Origin: Anthoceros angustus
Taxonomy: Eukaryota > Plantae > Anthocerotophyta
Assembly: GCA_010909165.1 (NCBI GenBank)
Contig: VJWM01000240.1
Location: 1-64,000, forward strand
DNA: 64,000 nt
Direction: 5' to 3'
How positions within the stretch are numbered: the first letter of the stretch is position 1; each line of letters begins with the position of its first letter. Below, piece by piece: positions 37,281 to 50,296 of this stretch. The notes below the pieces were generated by a model that ran no database searches, was not told where the DNA came from, and was given only the letters and a program-made list of their open reading frames with translations. The position numbers and the translations under genes were made by a program.

Positions 37281-40200
37281 TTGAATAATCAAATTGAAGA
37301 GGAACAAGATTTTATTGAGGTTGATGATCATTTTGAGGTTGATGAAGAACATGTCAACATTCATCCCGACGAACAAGTGACCATAGAGTTGGTGGAGGCA
37401 CTTGGTGGGGTTTCTGGCATCGCAGAAATGACTAAAGAACAGGTCGATTCCTTGCCCGAGGAATTAAAGACGATGCACACCGCAGCAACTACGCCTCTAT
37501 GGGTTGGAGCCGAGATAAGTTTATTGGCATTCATTTTATTGTTATTGAACATCCAAAGGAGGCATGGCTGGTCGGATGCATCTTTGAATTCAATTTTATC
37601 ATTACTAGGCAAATTAGGCCTCGATTGGCAACAAGTTGCCAAAAGTAGGGCTGAAATTAAAAAGATGCTTAAGGGTTTGGCCTAACATATACATCCATAC
37701 ATGCTTGTCAAGATGATTGTATGTTGTTCACAGCGAGTTTTCAATTGCTATTGCAAGATGTGTGGAAACATAGGTATCGAATTGACACGAAGAGCAGTGT
37801 GTACCGTTAAGCTACTTGATATTTTCCATTGATTCCTAGATTGAAACAAATGTTTAGATGTCCGAGCTAGCAAGTATGATGTCATGGCACGCCACAAATA
37901 AGTCTAATGATGGGATTATGCGGGTCCCATCGGATAGCTATGCATGGGAACATGTGGACAACACTTATCCGAGTTTGCTAAGGAGACGCAACATTCGATT
38001 AGGACTTGCTACGGATGGGATTAATCCCTTTGGGCACCAAAGTTCTAGGTATTCTATATGGCCTGTGCTTCTTGTCAATTATAACCTGCCTCCTTGGTTA
38101 TCTATCAAGAATGGGCATATATTGTTGTCAATGATTATTCCTGGTCCGAAGCAAGTAAAAGATGCAGATATATATTTTCAACCACTCATCGAAGAGTTGA
38201 AGGTACTGTGGGAGGAAGGTGTGGTCGTACAAGATGCTTCTATGGCTATTGGAAATGCTCAAAGACAATTTAAATTGAAGGCCTTATTGTTGTGGACGAT
38301 GCATGATTATCCAGGATATTCTTTCACTTCTAAAATGCAAACAAAAGGGAAGCGGGCATGTCCGATATGTTGGGACAAATTAGAAGCAAGAAAGTCAATG
38401 TTCACAAACAAAATGACGTATGATAAGAATTTTAGAAAATTTTACCAGAGGAACACAAGTTTAGAGTGGAAGAGCGGGATTCATTCAATGGAAAGGTGAG
38501 ATGGAAATTATTCATCCGGACTATGCACCAACTCCGGAGGATATTATGATCGAAAGCTTTAACCGAAATATGCAAAAGACAATGGTGAAGACCACAGGGT
38601 GTTACTAGCGAGCCTTCAATTTTCGGGAGCTTCCATCTGGGAGGTATGTATGCATGCATATGGGGTCTTGCAAGTATTACCCTTTTCAAGAATATTTTAA
38701 TTATATTATTGGTAGCATCGGTGGGTAGACTAATAGCTATTCATGAAGGTTAACTTTTAGTCATGCTATTTGGTGGTTGCGAGATATTGTTGATCGGACA
38801 CTTATTTGATATCATGCACATTGGAAAGAATGTAAGTCAGATTTTGGCACACATATGTGGGAATCAAGATTCCCTTGGTAGTCGTGAGATCTTGAGTATT
38901 CAAATACCAAACAAGATTGGTGGCCCCATGCGAGGCCATCGCTGGAAGGAGACAAAGAGGCCAAAACATTGTAAATGGGGTGCAAGGTAGCAAAAACTGG
39001 CGAACCAGGGGACATTTATAACGACACCACAGGTTCTTGGACATGGCAGCAAAAGAGGCGAATGTATGCTAATGCAGAGGAAAAATTGAGAACAAGGATT
39101 TGCAGTACATTACTCCTACTATGGGTCAAATTTGAGCGTTGTTTTCTAAAGGAGAGAAGAGGGAATTTGAGGTTAAAGTCTCATGATCATCACCATCATT
39201 ACGGATTTGTGGCCAATTGTCTTGAAAGGATTAATACATCATGATGTTCACAAGGCTATATGTGATCTTGCCGAGCTATTCGTGGCTTTGTTCAAAAGAA
39301 ATTGCGAAGGATGAAATTCCAGCTATGAAGGTGAAAAGTGTGGAGATCATGTGTGTGTTGGAGGGAATTTCCAACGACTTTTCGACAAGTCAAGTACATG
39401 TTGTTGTTCATCTTGTGCGGGAGGTTGAATTATGTGGACCAACTCGATATCGATGGATGTATTTCTTAGAAAGGCACATGAAAGTGTTAAAGGGACTTGT
39501 TCTGAGACCCGACGAAGGTAGCATGGCTTTAGGATACTTAGCACAAGAGATAATGTTTTATAGCTCGAGTTCTTTGGAAATACACATGAAGAGGCACCAA
39601 GAGTGTGGAAATCAAGATGATGTCACCCAATGTGGGGTGTTATTGCAAGGAATGGCAAAATTATGACCGAATGATGTGGAAATGCAACAGATGAGGAAAG
39701 TGTTAGTGGAAAACTCAGCTGTACTCAAAAATGGCGAAAAGTGTATGGGTATAGACGGCGAGCAACGTCCTTTTGCGAATGGTTGATAGATGAAGTTAAA
39801 GTAGCGGAAGAAAGGGAAATGCGGTACAAACCTATGGGTTGGATGTGGACGCAATTGTCGAGGACCTCCTCGTGTGCGATCATATAAAATGATGTGGGCA
39901 TATGGAAATCATATAAGGACTATAGATGCGAGATAGGGAAAGAATACATGTGATAGCATTATAAAACATCTATATAGCCAAGCATGTGTTTCACATCGCG
40001 GGGACACCGAACCTATTATAGCAGATTTTCCCTATCTTTGGAAAGGTGGAAAAGATTTTGGAGGTGGACTTAGGGCCGTCTAAAAAGTAAATGTGTTGAA
40101 GGTGAGATGGTTCAAGGCTCAATGGAACAAAGAGCACACGACCATCAAAACAGATACATCTCGTATGTTCATGGTTAACGATGTCATGTTATCCAATGAT

Positions 40201-40320
40201 AAGTTGGAGGATGAGCCATTTGTACTAGTATCGGAGAAAGTGGAGCAAGTCTTTTGTATGAGAATTCTAAAATGCATGGAAAATTGTGGTGGGTACAAGC
40301 GCACGTGGAAGGCATAGTAC
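37281..40320 (+). pseudogene. CACTA/EnSpm Tnp2-family transposase (Transposase_21, DUF4218-like and DUF4216-like regions), frameshifted
   Basis: IHACQDDCMLF; RNIRLGLATDGINPF...WPVLLVNYNLPPW...IIPGPKQ...DIYFQPLIEELKVLW; LLWTMHDYPG; ACPIC; VHVVVHLVREVELCGP.RYRWMYFLERHMKVLKG; LKVRWF...DEPFVL. Confidence 0.93.
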
Positions 40321-40950
40321 AAGGTGAGGCTCAAGGCAGGATAACATGAGTCAAGATGATGAGGATGCGGATATCATAGGTGAGGATGATGAAGACAATG
40401 ATAGCGTGAGCGATAATGACCAATGAGTTACATAGTAGAGTTGGAGTAATAGACTTGTTATGTGGAAAGGAGAAGGCAGGGAAGGGGAGATGATAGAGGG
40501 ATAAGGAGTGGGGAGACGATAGAGGGATAAGGAGTGGAGAGGGTGGGAGGATAGATAGGTAATTGATAGGTTGAAAAAATATTTTAAAGCTTTTCTTATA
40601 AGTATAAAAAGTATCCCAAGTCTTAAATATTTCACTTATTTAATTATAATTATGGTGAGTACAAGCGTCGTGGAAGGCGCATAGTACAAGCGTGAGGCTT
40701 CTAGTGGAAGGCGCATAGTACAACGTGAGGCTTCTAGTGGGGATAGCATGAGTGAGGATGATGAAGATGGCGATAGTATGAGCGGATGATGACCAATGAG
40801 TTACATAGTAGAGTTGGAGTAATAGACATGTTATGCGGGGCAAGGAAGGGTACAATGCGAAAGAGGTAAAGAGGGAGAGACGATGGGAGGATAGATAGAT
40901 AGTTGATATAGGTTGGTGTTCAAAAATATTTTTAGTTTTTCTTAAAACAT
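40300..40950. repeat. Two ~330-bp direct repeats downstream of Tnp2
   Basis: gtggaagg(c)gcatagtacaa...gatgaccaatgagtt(t)acatagtagagttggagtaatagac...aaaaatatttt occurs twice. Confidence 0.85.
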
Positions 40951-41850
40951 GCTAGGTCACTGTTGGGGTTGGGGTTCTACTCGATGCGGGATCCTTGCAT
41001 GTCCGGTGAAATCATCAATGTTGCAAAGCGTGATACCATGGTCCATTTCCACGTTGTTGATCGCCCGCTCACTCGCCCCGACCTCAAAGCTCCTCCTGTG
41101 GTTGCATCGACTTTCATCGAATGCATCCAAGGCAACCGGACTTGAACTCGGATGCATATTAATGCGACATGGGTACGACATCGAGATAGTTAGTGCGTAG
41201 GCTCTTGCCCGCGTCCTTCTTCAAATTGCACATCCACATCGTTGGACTTCCGTTGGGGTTCCGTTGGGAGGCGGGGTTCGAGTTTAAGGGTTTACGGTTA
41301 GCGCCGACCGATTGTTGCGATGGCGTAGTTCTTCGCCAATTTCGATGATCGACCTCTTGGCTTCTTGGTAGCGGTGATGGAGCACTAGAATTGGGCCACA
41401 AATCAATCTCTTTTTCTTTGAGTGTGGTATCGATCTTGGCCGTTTGCCTCGGCGATAGTCCCGGAAAGAGTAAAGAAGACGACACGTTGATGATTTCTCT
41501 GCGGATACCCGCCTTTGTTCGATGGCCGCACTCAAGCGGGAGCCGTTTTTGTATCTTGGGGTTCCACCTTTCACGGCTTCTTGTGGCGAGCACGGCGGTG
41601 TACTCGGGCCGCCTTTGGCTTGTCCACATGGAAAACCGGCTGCGAGCCTTCGACCATTGTTGAGGACACATAGTAAACAAGGTGAGGACATAGCCCTCGC
41701 TTGCTTCACAAGATGGTTGTGATACAAGTCTCCCGTTTCGTCGCCATGCGAACAAGTGGCGCCATCTGGCGGCTTGGGGTTCCCTGGATGTAGGGAAGTT
41801 GTCCCGCCTACTCAAATTGGCGCTAAGTACCTCGAGGAGGTGGTGAATCC
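40930..41850 (-). pseudogene. Fragmented orphan ORF convergent with Tnp2
   Basis: Fragments GATCSHGDETGDLYH, MCPQQWSK...PEYTAVL...WNPKIQKRLPLECG, LFPGLSP...IDLW, NYLDVVP, RINMHP...RCNHRRSFEVGASERAINNVEMDHGITLCNIDDFTGHARIPHR. Confidence 0.5.
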
Positions 41851-41859
41851 TCCTTCCAG

Positions 41860-42330
41860 TTTTGGAGAATAAGGTGACAAATTTTGGACACTCTGGAGGC
41901 TGTAGCAGCCGCCCTCGTCTTGGATCATCTTATGGAGGAGGAATGGGAGCACCATGGATGTGGTCTTGGCGAGTGGGGATAAGCTGTTTCTTGATTCAAG
42001 AATCTAATGTCTCTCGGTTACATCCATCATATGCTATGATGGACAGCTATTGAAACAACGACCCCTCGTTACATGGATCGTCTTAATTGGCAAGTGGGGA
42101 TAGGCTCTTGATTTCAAAGAACCTCTTGGTTTAGTCTTCACTATGATGGACAACTAGTGGTGATTCCTAACCTTTCTTGTAGTCTTGCTTGCTTTGTCGG
42201 GGATATGGTGACATGGAATGCCCTTATGATGCTGACAAGGGCTCGGCTGGAGAATGTAGTGGTGGCACCTACACGGTGGACATGTATGCAAAATTTTGGT
42301 GACGGAAAATGCCTGCGATTTTGGCAGTTG
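41860..42330 (+). pseudogene. PPR gene fragment
   Basis: GDMVTWNALMM and degraded PPR-like helices. Confidence 0.55.
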
Positions 42331-43199
42331 AGCGACCCATGAAGAGACGATGCAAAATATGGTTTAGCGGCATAGCAACAAAAGAGCGAGAGAAGGTCCC
42401 GATGCGACAACCAAAAGGCGAGGAGGGGTGGCTGATGGAAGCGAGATCATCCAAGGCTTAATGGCTCAGTACTCCTTAGTGTATTCATGGATGCTAGTTC
42501 ATATGGCTTCTCGCATCAAGAAATCACGTTACGAGTTACAATGTCCAATTTTTGGTGGAAGTTGTTTGATTAAATGACACATGAGAGGAGCGCATGTCTC
42601 TTGCGAAGGTGGTGCATGTCTCTTGCTTGAAGGTGGTGCATCTCTCTTGCGAGGGTGTTGTGGAGTCTTTGGTTGCGGCTCCGCTCATGCTTCTAACTCT
42701 TGCTATGATTTATGTGAGGCACAGCAAGTTGTGGGGAACGTGGCTTGTGTCTCTCTCTGTTTGCCCGCGGTGGCTCACGTGAATTTGTCAATGGCACTAC
42801 GCATGTGAATTTGTCAATGGCAGGCCGTGGTATGCGTGCAAGATCGCTTTGCAATGGACCTTGTATATGAGACTACGTTGTGAATTTGGTGTAAAAGCGT
42901 GCGAGGCCGATCCGGCCTTGTCATACATTTTACAACATACAAGTGCGCTTTACAGCGCTGTTGTAATTAGACTATGTTGTAAAATTCGTGGGAGGCCTAT
43001 CTTGGCCTCTCTTAAACGCTTTACAATGTAGTGAGGTTTGCAATGGATCGTGTTGTAAATTAGATTAGGTTATGCGTATGTTGTAAAACATGAGAGAGGC
43101 ACGATCGGCCGTCTCAAACATTTTACAGCGTACAATTGGGCTTTGCGGACCGTGTTGTAAAACACGGTCCGTTACAAAACAATTAATGCTTTGTCTTGG

Positions 43200-45927
43200 G
43201 AGGAGGTGGCCGTCGGAGAGAAGGCGGGAGGAGGTGATCGGACAGAGGTGTGTTTGGGTATACCTCTTCACTCCCACTTGTTGATCATTTTGGAAAGTGA
43301 TGCTCCAACAATAGGATCATCTCCGGTCCTTGTAGGATGGAGTCGGGTGAAAACTGCAGATGCATTGCGTTGTTGCGTTCGCCCCAGCTCCTCGCGGTAT
43401 ATATTCGAGCGTGCTGAGAAACCATCCTCACCGGTCGTTATATTCCTCTTCTTCATCTTCACGCTCTGCAATTGGAGAAGGGGTTGTGGAGCGTAACGAT
43501 CGAGATGTCCTCCTCTAAGGATGCGAACCCCGCCACCGAGACTCCCTAGGCCGCTGCGGCAAGCAAGGCGGCTAGGACAACGCCTCCTCTGCTGCTGCAG
43601 GGACCCGACACTGCTGCTGCGGGAAGCTGAGCCGACCAAGCGGAGCGCCCTCACAGCTGTGGCGGTCGAGGACTAGGCGAGGCCATGTCGCGGAGGACAT
43701 GGGAGGTCCTCCATTGCGGCGCTTAGCTTCCACAATTTCTCCCACGCGTGCCCCTCGCCCTGCGCAAGAGGGAGCTGGGGCCTCTGACCGTGGGCTGAGG
43801 CTATGTCTGACGGAGGAGGTGAGGCCCTCACGGCCTCGAATTTCCCTCGAGGTAACCACGATAAGGATGTGAAGATTGTGAGCCTAGGCACGTGCGCCAG
43901 CTCTCCTATCTGTGTCGATGCAAGCATCGTCGGTCATGAAGCGGATCAGTGCGTGTTACTGACTTCTTGTTCCTGGTCATGTTGTAAGTCGCCTGATGTG
44001 ACACGGGTTTTGCTTCATCTCTGCTCCTACTCCACTCGCTCTAAAGCTATCTAATTGCTTTGTGTCTTGATCAGGATCTGTCTTGAGGATTGAGGAGGAT
44101 CTTGTTCCTCCGAAGATTACATGTGCGTGAGGACTCGATGCTACGAAGGCCTCCAGTGATCCCTCCGACTCGGAGAATCCAAAGGAAGAGTCCTCAGGGG
44201 TCGGAATGATGGGATTAGGTAGCAGGCATGTAGGCTAGTTGGGGTTAGATAGGAAAGTTCGGACTCTCCTAACCCCGGACCTCGAACATGCTTCTCGCTC
44301 TTTTGAAAGAGCTTTCGTTAATATCTGCAGGGTTTTCTTGTGTAGGCACATACTCCGGTTGCTTGACTAACCTTCCGCTTGCGTTTGGGATCGTGTTTGA
44401 GCTCGGAAGTGAGATCAAGATTACATGTGCGGTGAGGACTCCGATGCTCTGAAGGCCTCCGTCCCTCCGACTCGGAGAATCCAAAGGAAGAGTCCTCCGA
44501 GACGGCCCGAGTCTGGTGGGATTAGGTAGCAGGCAGGCTAGTTGGGGTTAGATAGGAAAGTTCCACTCTCCTAACCCCGGACCTCGAACATGCTTCTCGT
44601 GCGGCTCTTTTGAAAGAGCTTTCGTTAATATATCTGCAGGGTTTTCTTGTGTAGGCACATACTCCGGTTGCTTGACTAACCTTCTGCGTTTGGGATCTGT
44701 TTGAGCTCGGAAGTGAGATCAAGATTCGAAGTGAGATGAGGAGTCAAAGTGTGAGCTCCTCTTCACTCGAGAAGGTCACGGAGGATCCTTCAACCTTAGC
44801 GACTAAGGATCTAAATACTCCTATGTGTTTTCGGTGGAATCACCTCAATGCGCCATTACACTAATGACATTTTCCGCATACAGTCCTTCAACCTCTTCCG
44901 GATCATGCGGTGACATTTCAACATTTCAACATGCCTCTACATTTCGGATGTTACGACTAACCATGCTTCGAAATCCCTCTAGATTGGTTTTTCAGCAATT
45001 CGCATACTATGTAGATTATCGGCAAGTGAAGGCCTATCGAAACTCTATACCTATTCGTCTATTAGAAATTAGCTCGTGCGGCCCTTCTGGCGCTGGATTG
45101 GCCATTTCATTAGGCCGACTTTGTCTTTGCAATGCAAGAACTCGCATATCATTGTATTACAAATCTTTATATGTAGCACACCCAATCAGGCTTGTCCTAG
45201 TGTATCTCCATTGGAATTGCGAATGCAATCCAAAAGGAAGTACACTAGGATTCCTAGATTCGCAGTTGCTATAAAATTTTTCATGTATACTCACGGCCTA
45301 GGTTGAACTCACTACTCCAGCCATGGAGTAGCGAGATTGTATACATGTCTGACGAGGCCCTTGATGAGTCGGCCAATTTTACCCCTGGTCTACCTAACAT
45401 GCATATATAGCCCTACATGCAATATCTAGAAAACGGAATTCCCATGGTTCAAGGAAGTTGCCTTCCTCGGCCCTCGAAATAGGTTTCTATCTACATGCTA
45501 CTTTTCCCAAGGACCAAGGAACATCCTTCCGAAACCCCAAGACCAAGGACTAGGTTTCTATCTACATACCATTTTCCCAAGGACCAAGGAACATCCTTGA
45601 ACCCAAGACCAAGGACTCGAAATAGGCTTCTATCTACCAAGGACCAAGGAACATCATTCGAAACCCCAAGACCAAGGACTTGAGTCTGTTCTTCCCAAAC
45701 CCCAAAGACCAAGGACTTGAGTCCTACCTATTTGAATAGATAGGACTACCGACTCAGTAGCGGACTTGAGCGGCCACCGCTTCTCGGTGACCACACCAAG
45801 TAACGTCCTCCCATCACCACTTCCTAGGACTCCCCTCTTGTGCGTGGGAAACTAGGCGAGGTAAGAGGAGCTCTCGCTCACGACATTCGGTGCAAGGAGT
45901 CCGGTGAGGTCCTCGGGTTAAACAACA
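43200..45927 (-). mobile_element. Degenerate retro-like module sharing the TATA/repeat block of the TGTGG family; second copy at ~47890-50296
   Basis: atgcatatatagcc and caaggaagttgccttcct at 45400-45470 also occur at 23320-23380. Tandem ccaaggaccaaggaac units at 45500-45720. Ends in ...ggttaaacaaca. The left end and TSD were not resolved. Confidence 0.5.
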
Positions 45928-46885
45928 TGTTCAAGCCACTTGTTGGATGAGAAGCTTGTTTCTTTGAATATGCAGTGGGTCATTGTGCTTCTCCTTCCAA
46001 GTCGAGCTCTCCAAAGCCCGAGCACAGGAGGTGTGCGGATTGGATATGGGAGTCGTGACACTGTAACCATCGGACGTTATGTGAGTAGGGAAAGCTTCGA
46101 GGCCGTTGGAGCTCAAAATCTAGCGTAGATAGACTATTCTATTCCTCACCCTTATATGTCGTGCTAAAACTTTGTGCGATAAGAAGGACATGGTTGTGGG
46201 ATGACGCGTTCATGATCTCACATCAAACTTGGGTGCAGTCAATCACATACTTGGGGAACCATATCTTGCGGATGTATGTATCCGGAGGTAGGCTACGAGG
46301 GTGGGCAAACCAAATCCCTTCATGTGGTTTTCAATAATCTCCGCACATGCTACACATGGGGAGCCTAATGAGGCGATACAACTTTACTATGCGATGTGTC
46401 GCTCGGTGTGAAGGCGGATGCCCACATCTTTGTAGCACCCTTCAAGCTTGTGCATTTTCTTTGTGGACACGGAATCTAGCGAGAAAAGTGCGGCATGATA
46501 TGTTGCATGACATTCCACCGAACTTGTTTATTGCCAATATGTGGACATCATAGCTTAATGTGGAAGAGGCAAACACGGTTTTCGATAGGTTAGCGAGAAA
46601 GGATGTCGTGACATGGGCCACGATAGTTGGGTATGCAAATCATGGGCTTGGAAGAGGCGCTTGTTCGTATGGACAAATGGAGAAGGAGGGCCTGATTGTG
46701 GGCAACCATGTTACCTTTGCTTGCCTTCCAAAGGCCTGTGCAAACGCAAGTGCCTTACAGAAGGGCAGGCAGCTGCACTCACAGATTGTGGAGAGAGGAC
46801 AGCTAGATAACACACTTGTGGGCACTTGCCTGGTGGACATGTAGGCAAAGTGTGGCAAAGTAGAAGATGCGCATCAAGTTTTTCA
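45928..46885 (+). pseudogene. PLS-class PPR gene, copy 1 (frameshifted, truncated)
   Basis: NHILRMYV, ADAHIFVA.LQACA, EEANTVFDRLARKDVVTWATIVGYANHGLG, HVTFACL, LHSQIVERG, NTLVGTCLVDM.AKCGKVEDA. Confidence 0.85.
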
Positions 46886-49800
46886 ATGCTTGAGCATTCT
46901 CGTCTTGCAAACGTGCAGTATCAGTTGCAACTTTGTTGTCCACTCGCATTTTCTCATGGCTTCAACATCCAGTCCTGCATAATTGCCACACTACATCTCT
47001 TTCACATTTCACATGGATGCAACATGCGGAAAGCCGTAGAACATCAACCTGGGCGTCCCGGATAGCGACAACCAAAGAGCGAGGAGAAGAGGGCTGGCGA
47101 TGGAAGCGAGATCGGTAGAATACCCAAGCATTTAATGGCTCCGTACTCCTTAGTGTATTCATGGATGCTAGTTCATATGGCTTCTCGCATCAAGAAATCA
47201 CGTTAAGTTACTGATGTCCAATTTTGGTGGAAGTTGTTTGACTAAATGACACATGAAGAGGCGCATGTCTCTTGCACGAAGGTGGTGCATGTCTCTTGCT
47301 TGAAGGTGGTGCATCTCTCTTGCCCGAGGGTGTTGTGGAGTCTTGGTTGCGGCCGCTCGCTTCTGCCGTTCCTAACTCTTGCTATGATTTATGTGAGAGC
47401 ACGAAAGCAAGTGGTACGACAGGGAACCGTGGCTTGTGTCTCTCTCATGCCGGTGGCTCGTGAATTTGTCAATGGCACTACGCTTACAATGTGAATTTGT
47501 CAATGGCACTGGAAGCCCGGTAGGCGTATACAACGTGCAAGATCGCTTTGCAATGGACCTTGTATATGAGACTACGTTGTGAATTTGGTGTAAACGTGCG
47601 AGGCTGATCCGGCCTTGTCATACATTTTACAACATACAAGTGCGCTTTACAGCAGCTGTTGTAAATTAGACTATGTTGTAAAATTGTGGGAGGCCTATCT
47701 TGGCCTCTCTTAAGCGTTTACAATGTACAGTGAGGTTTGCAATGGATCGTGTTGTAAATTAGATTAGGTTATGCGTATGTTGTAAAACATGAGAGAGGCG
47801 ATCCGCCGTCTCAAACATTTTACAACGTACAATTGGGCTTTACAGCGGACCGTGTTGTAAAACACGGTCCGTTGTAATTGAATGCTTTGTCTTGGGAGGA
47901 GGTGGCCGTCGGAGAGAAGCTGGGAGGAGGTGATCGGACGGAGGTGTGTTTGGGTATACCTCTTCACTCCCACTTGTTGATCATTTTGGAAAGTGATGCT
48001 CCAACAACGGATCATCTCCGGTCCTTGTAGGATGGAGTCGGGTGAAAGCTGCAGATGCATTGCGTGGTGCATTCGCCGACTCCTCGCCGGTATATATTCG
48101 AGCGTGCGGTGAGAAACCAGTCCTCACCAGTGCGTTATATTCCTCTTCTTCATCTTCACGCCTGCAATTGGAGAAGGGTTGTGGAATAACACGTCGAGAT
48201 GTCGTCCTCCTCTAAGGATGCGAACCCCGCCACCAAGAGACTCCTAGGCGCTGCGGCAAGCAAGGCGGCTAGGACAACCTCCTCTGCTGCAAGGGACCGG
48301 ACCGCTGCTGCGGGAAGCTCGAGCCGACCAAGAAAGCGGGGCGCCCTCCCGCTGCAGTCTTGAGGACTAGGCGCGAGGCCATAATCGCGGAGGACATGGG
48401 AGGTCCTCCATTGCGGCGCTTAGCTTCCACAATTTCTCCCACGCGTGCCCCTCGCCACCGCAAAGAGGGAGCTCGGGGCCTCACCGTGGGCGAGGCTATG
48501 TCTGACGGAGGAGGTGAGGCCCTCACGGCCTCGAATTTCCCTCGAGGTAACCCCGATAAGGATGTGAAGATTGTGAGCCTAGGCACGTGCACCAGCTCTC
48601 CTATCTGATCGATGCAAGCATCTTGTGCGGTCATGAAGCGGATCGAGTGCGTAGTTACTGCTTCCTGGTCATGTTGTAAGTCGCTCATGGTGACGGGTTT
48701 TGCTTCATCTCTGCTCCTACTCCCACTCGCTCTAAAGCTATCTAATTGCTTTGTGTCTTGATGGATCTCTTGAGGATTGAGGAGGATCTGTTCCTCCGAA
48801 GATTACATGTGCGGTGAGGACTCCGATGCTGAGGCCTCCAGTCCTCCGACTCGGAGAATCCAAAAGGAAGAGTCCTCCAGACCCGGCGTAACTGGGATTA
48901 GGTAGCAGGCATGTAGGCTAGTTGGGGTTAGATAGGAAAGTTCCGGACTCTCCTAACCCCGGACCTCGAACATGCTTCTCGTGCGGCTCTTTTGAAAGAG
49001 CTTTCGTTAATATATCTGCAGGGTTTTCTTGTGTAGGCACATACTCCGCTTGCTTGACTAACCTTGCTTCGTTTGGGATCTGTTTGAGCTCGAAGTGAGA
49101 TCAAGATTCGGAAGTGAGGTGAGGAGTCAAAGTGTGAGCTCCTCTTCACTCGAAGGTCACCAGAGGATCCTTCAACCTTAGCTAAGGATCTAAATACTCC
49201 TATGTGTTTTCTGGAATCACCTCAATGCGCCATTACACTAATGACATTTCGTCACGCATACGTGTCCTTCAACCTCTTCCAGATCTGCGGTGACATTTCA
49301 ACATTTCAACATGCCTCTACATTTCGGATGTTACGACTAACCATGCTTCGTGAAATCCCTCAGATTGGTTTTTCAGCAATTCGCATACTATGTAGATTAT
49401 CGGCAAGTGAAGGCCTATCGAAACTCTATACCTATTGCGTCTATTAGAAATTAGCTCGGCAGCTCAGGCGCCTGGATTGGCCATTTCATTAGGCGACTTT
49501 GTCTGCTAATATGCAAGAACTCGCATATCATTGTATTACAAATCTTTATATGTAGCACTAATCGGTAGTTGTCCTAGTGTATCTCCATTGGAATTGCGTA
49601 ACGCAATCCAAAAGGAAGTACACTAGGATTCCTAGATTCGCAGTTGCTATAAAATTTTCAACCGTATACTCCACGGCCTAGGTTGAACTCACTACTCCAC
49701 CATGGAGTAGCGAGATTATACATGTCACGGCCCTTGATGAGTCGGCCAATTTTACCCCTAGTCTACCTAACATGCATATATAGCCCTACATGCAATATCT

Positions 49801-50296
49801 AGAAAACGGAATTCCCATGGTTCAAGGAAGTTGCCTTCCTCGGCCCTCGAAATAGGTTTCTATCTACATGCTACTTTTCCCAAGGACCAAGGAACATCCT
49901 TCCGAAACCCCAAGACCAAGGACTAGGTTTCTATCTACATACCATTTTCCCAAGGACCAAGGAACATCCTTCCAACCCAAGACCAAGGACTCGAAATAGG
50001 CTACTTTTCCCAAGGACCAAGGAACATCATTCAAACCCCAAGACCAAGGACTTGAGTCTGCTTCTTCCCAAACCCCAAAGACCAAGGACTTGAGTCCTAC
50101 CTATTTGAATAGATAGGACTACGGACTCGGTGTGACTTGAGGCCACCGCTTCTCGGTGTGACCACACCAAGTGCAATCCTCCCATCACCACTTCCTAGGA
50201 CTCCCCTCTTGTGCGTGGGAAACTAGGCGAGGTAAGAGGAGCTCTCGCTCACGACATTCGTGCAAGGAGTCCGTGAGGTCCTCGGGTTAAACAACA

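Noticed and set aside
43029-43036. Internal TAGTG|AGG as the CACTA right end
   Set aside because: The duplicate copy reads TACAGTGAGG, the subterminal-type motifs continue past it, and the Sola frame does not resume there.
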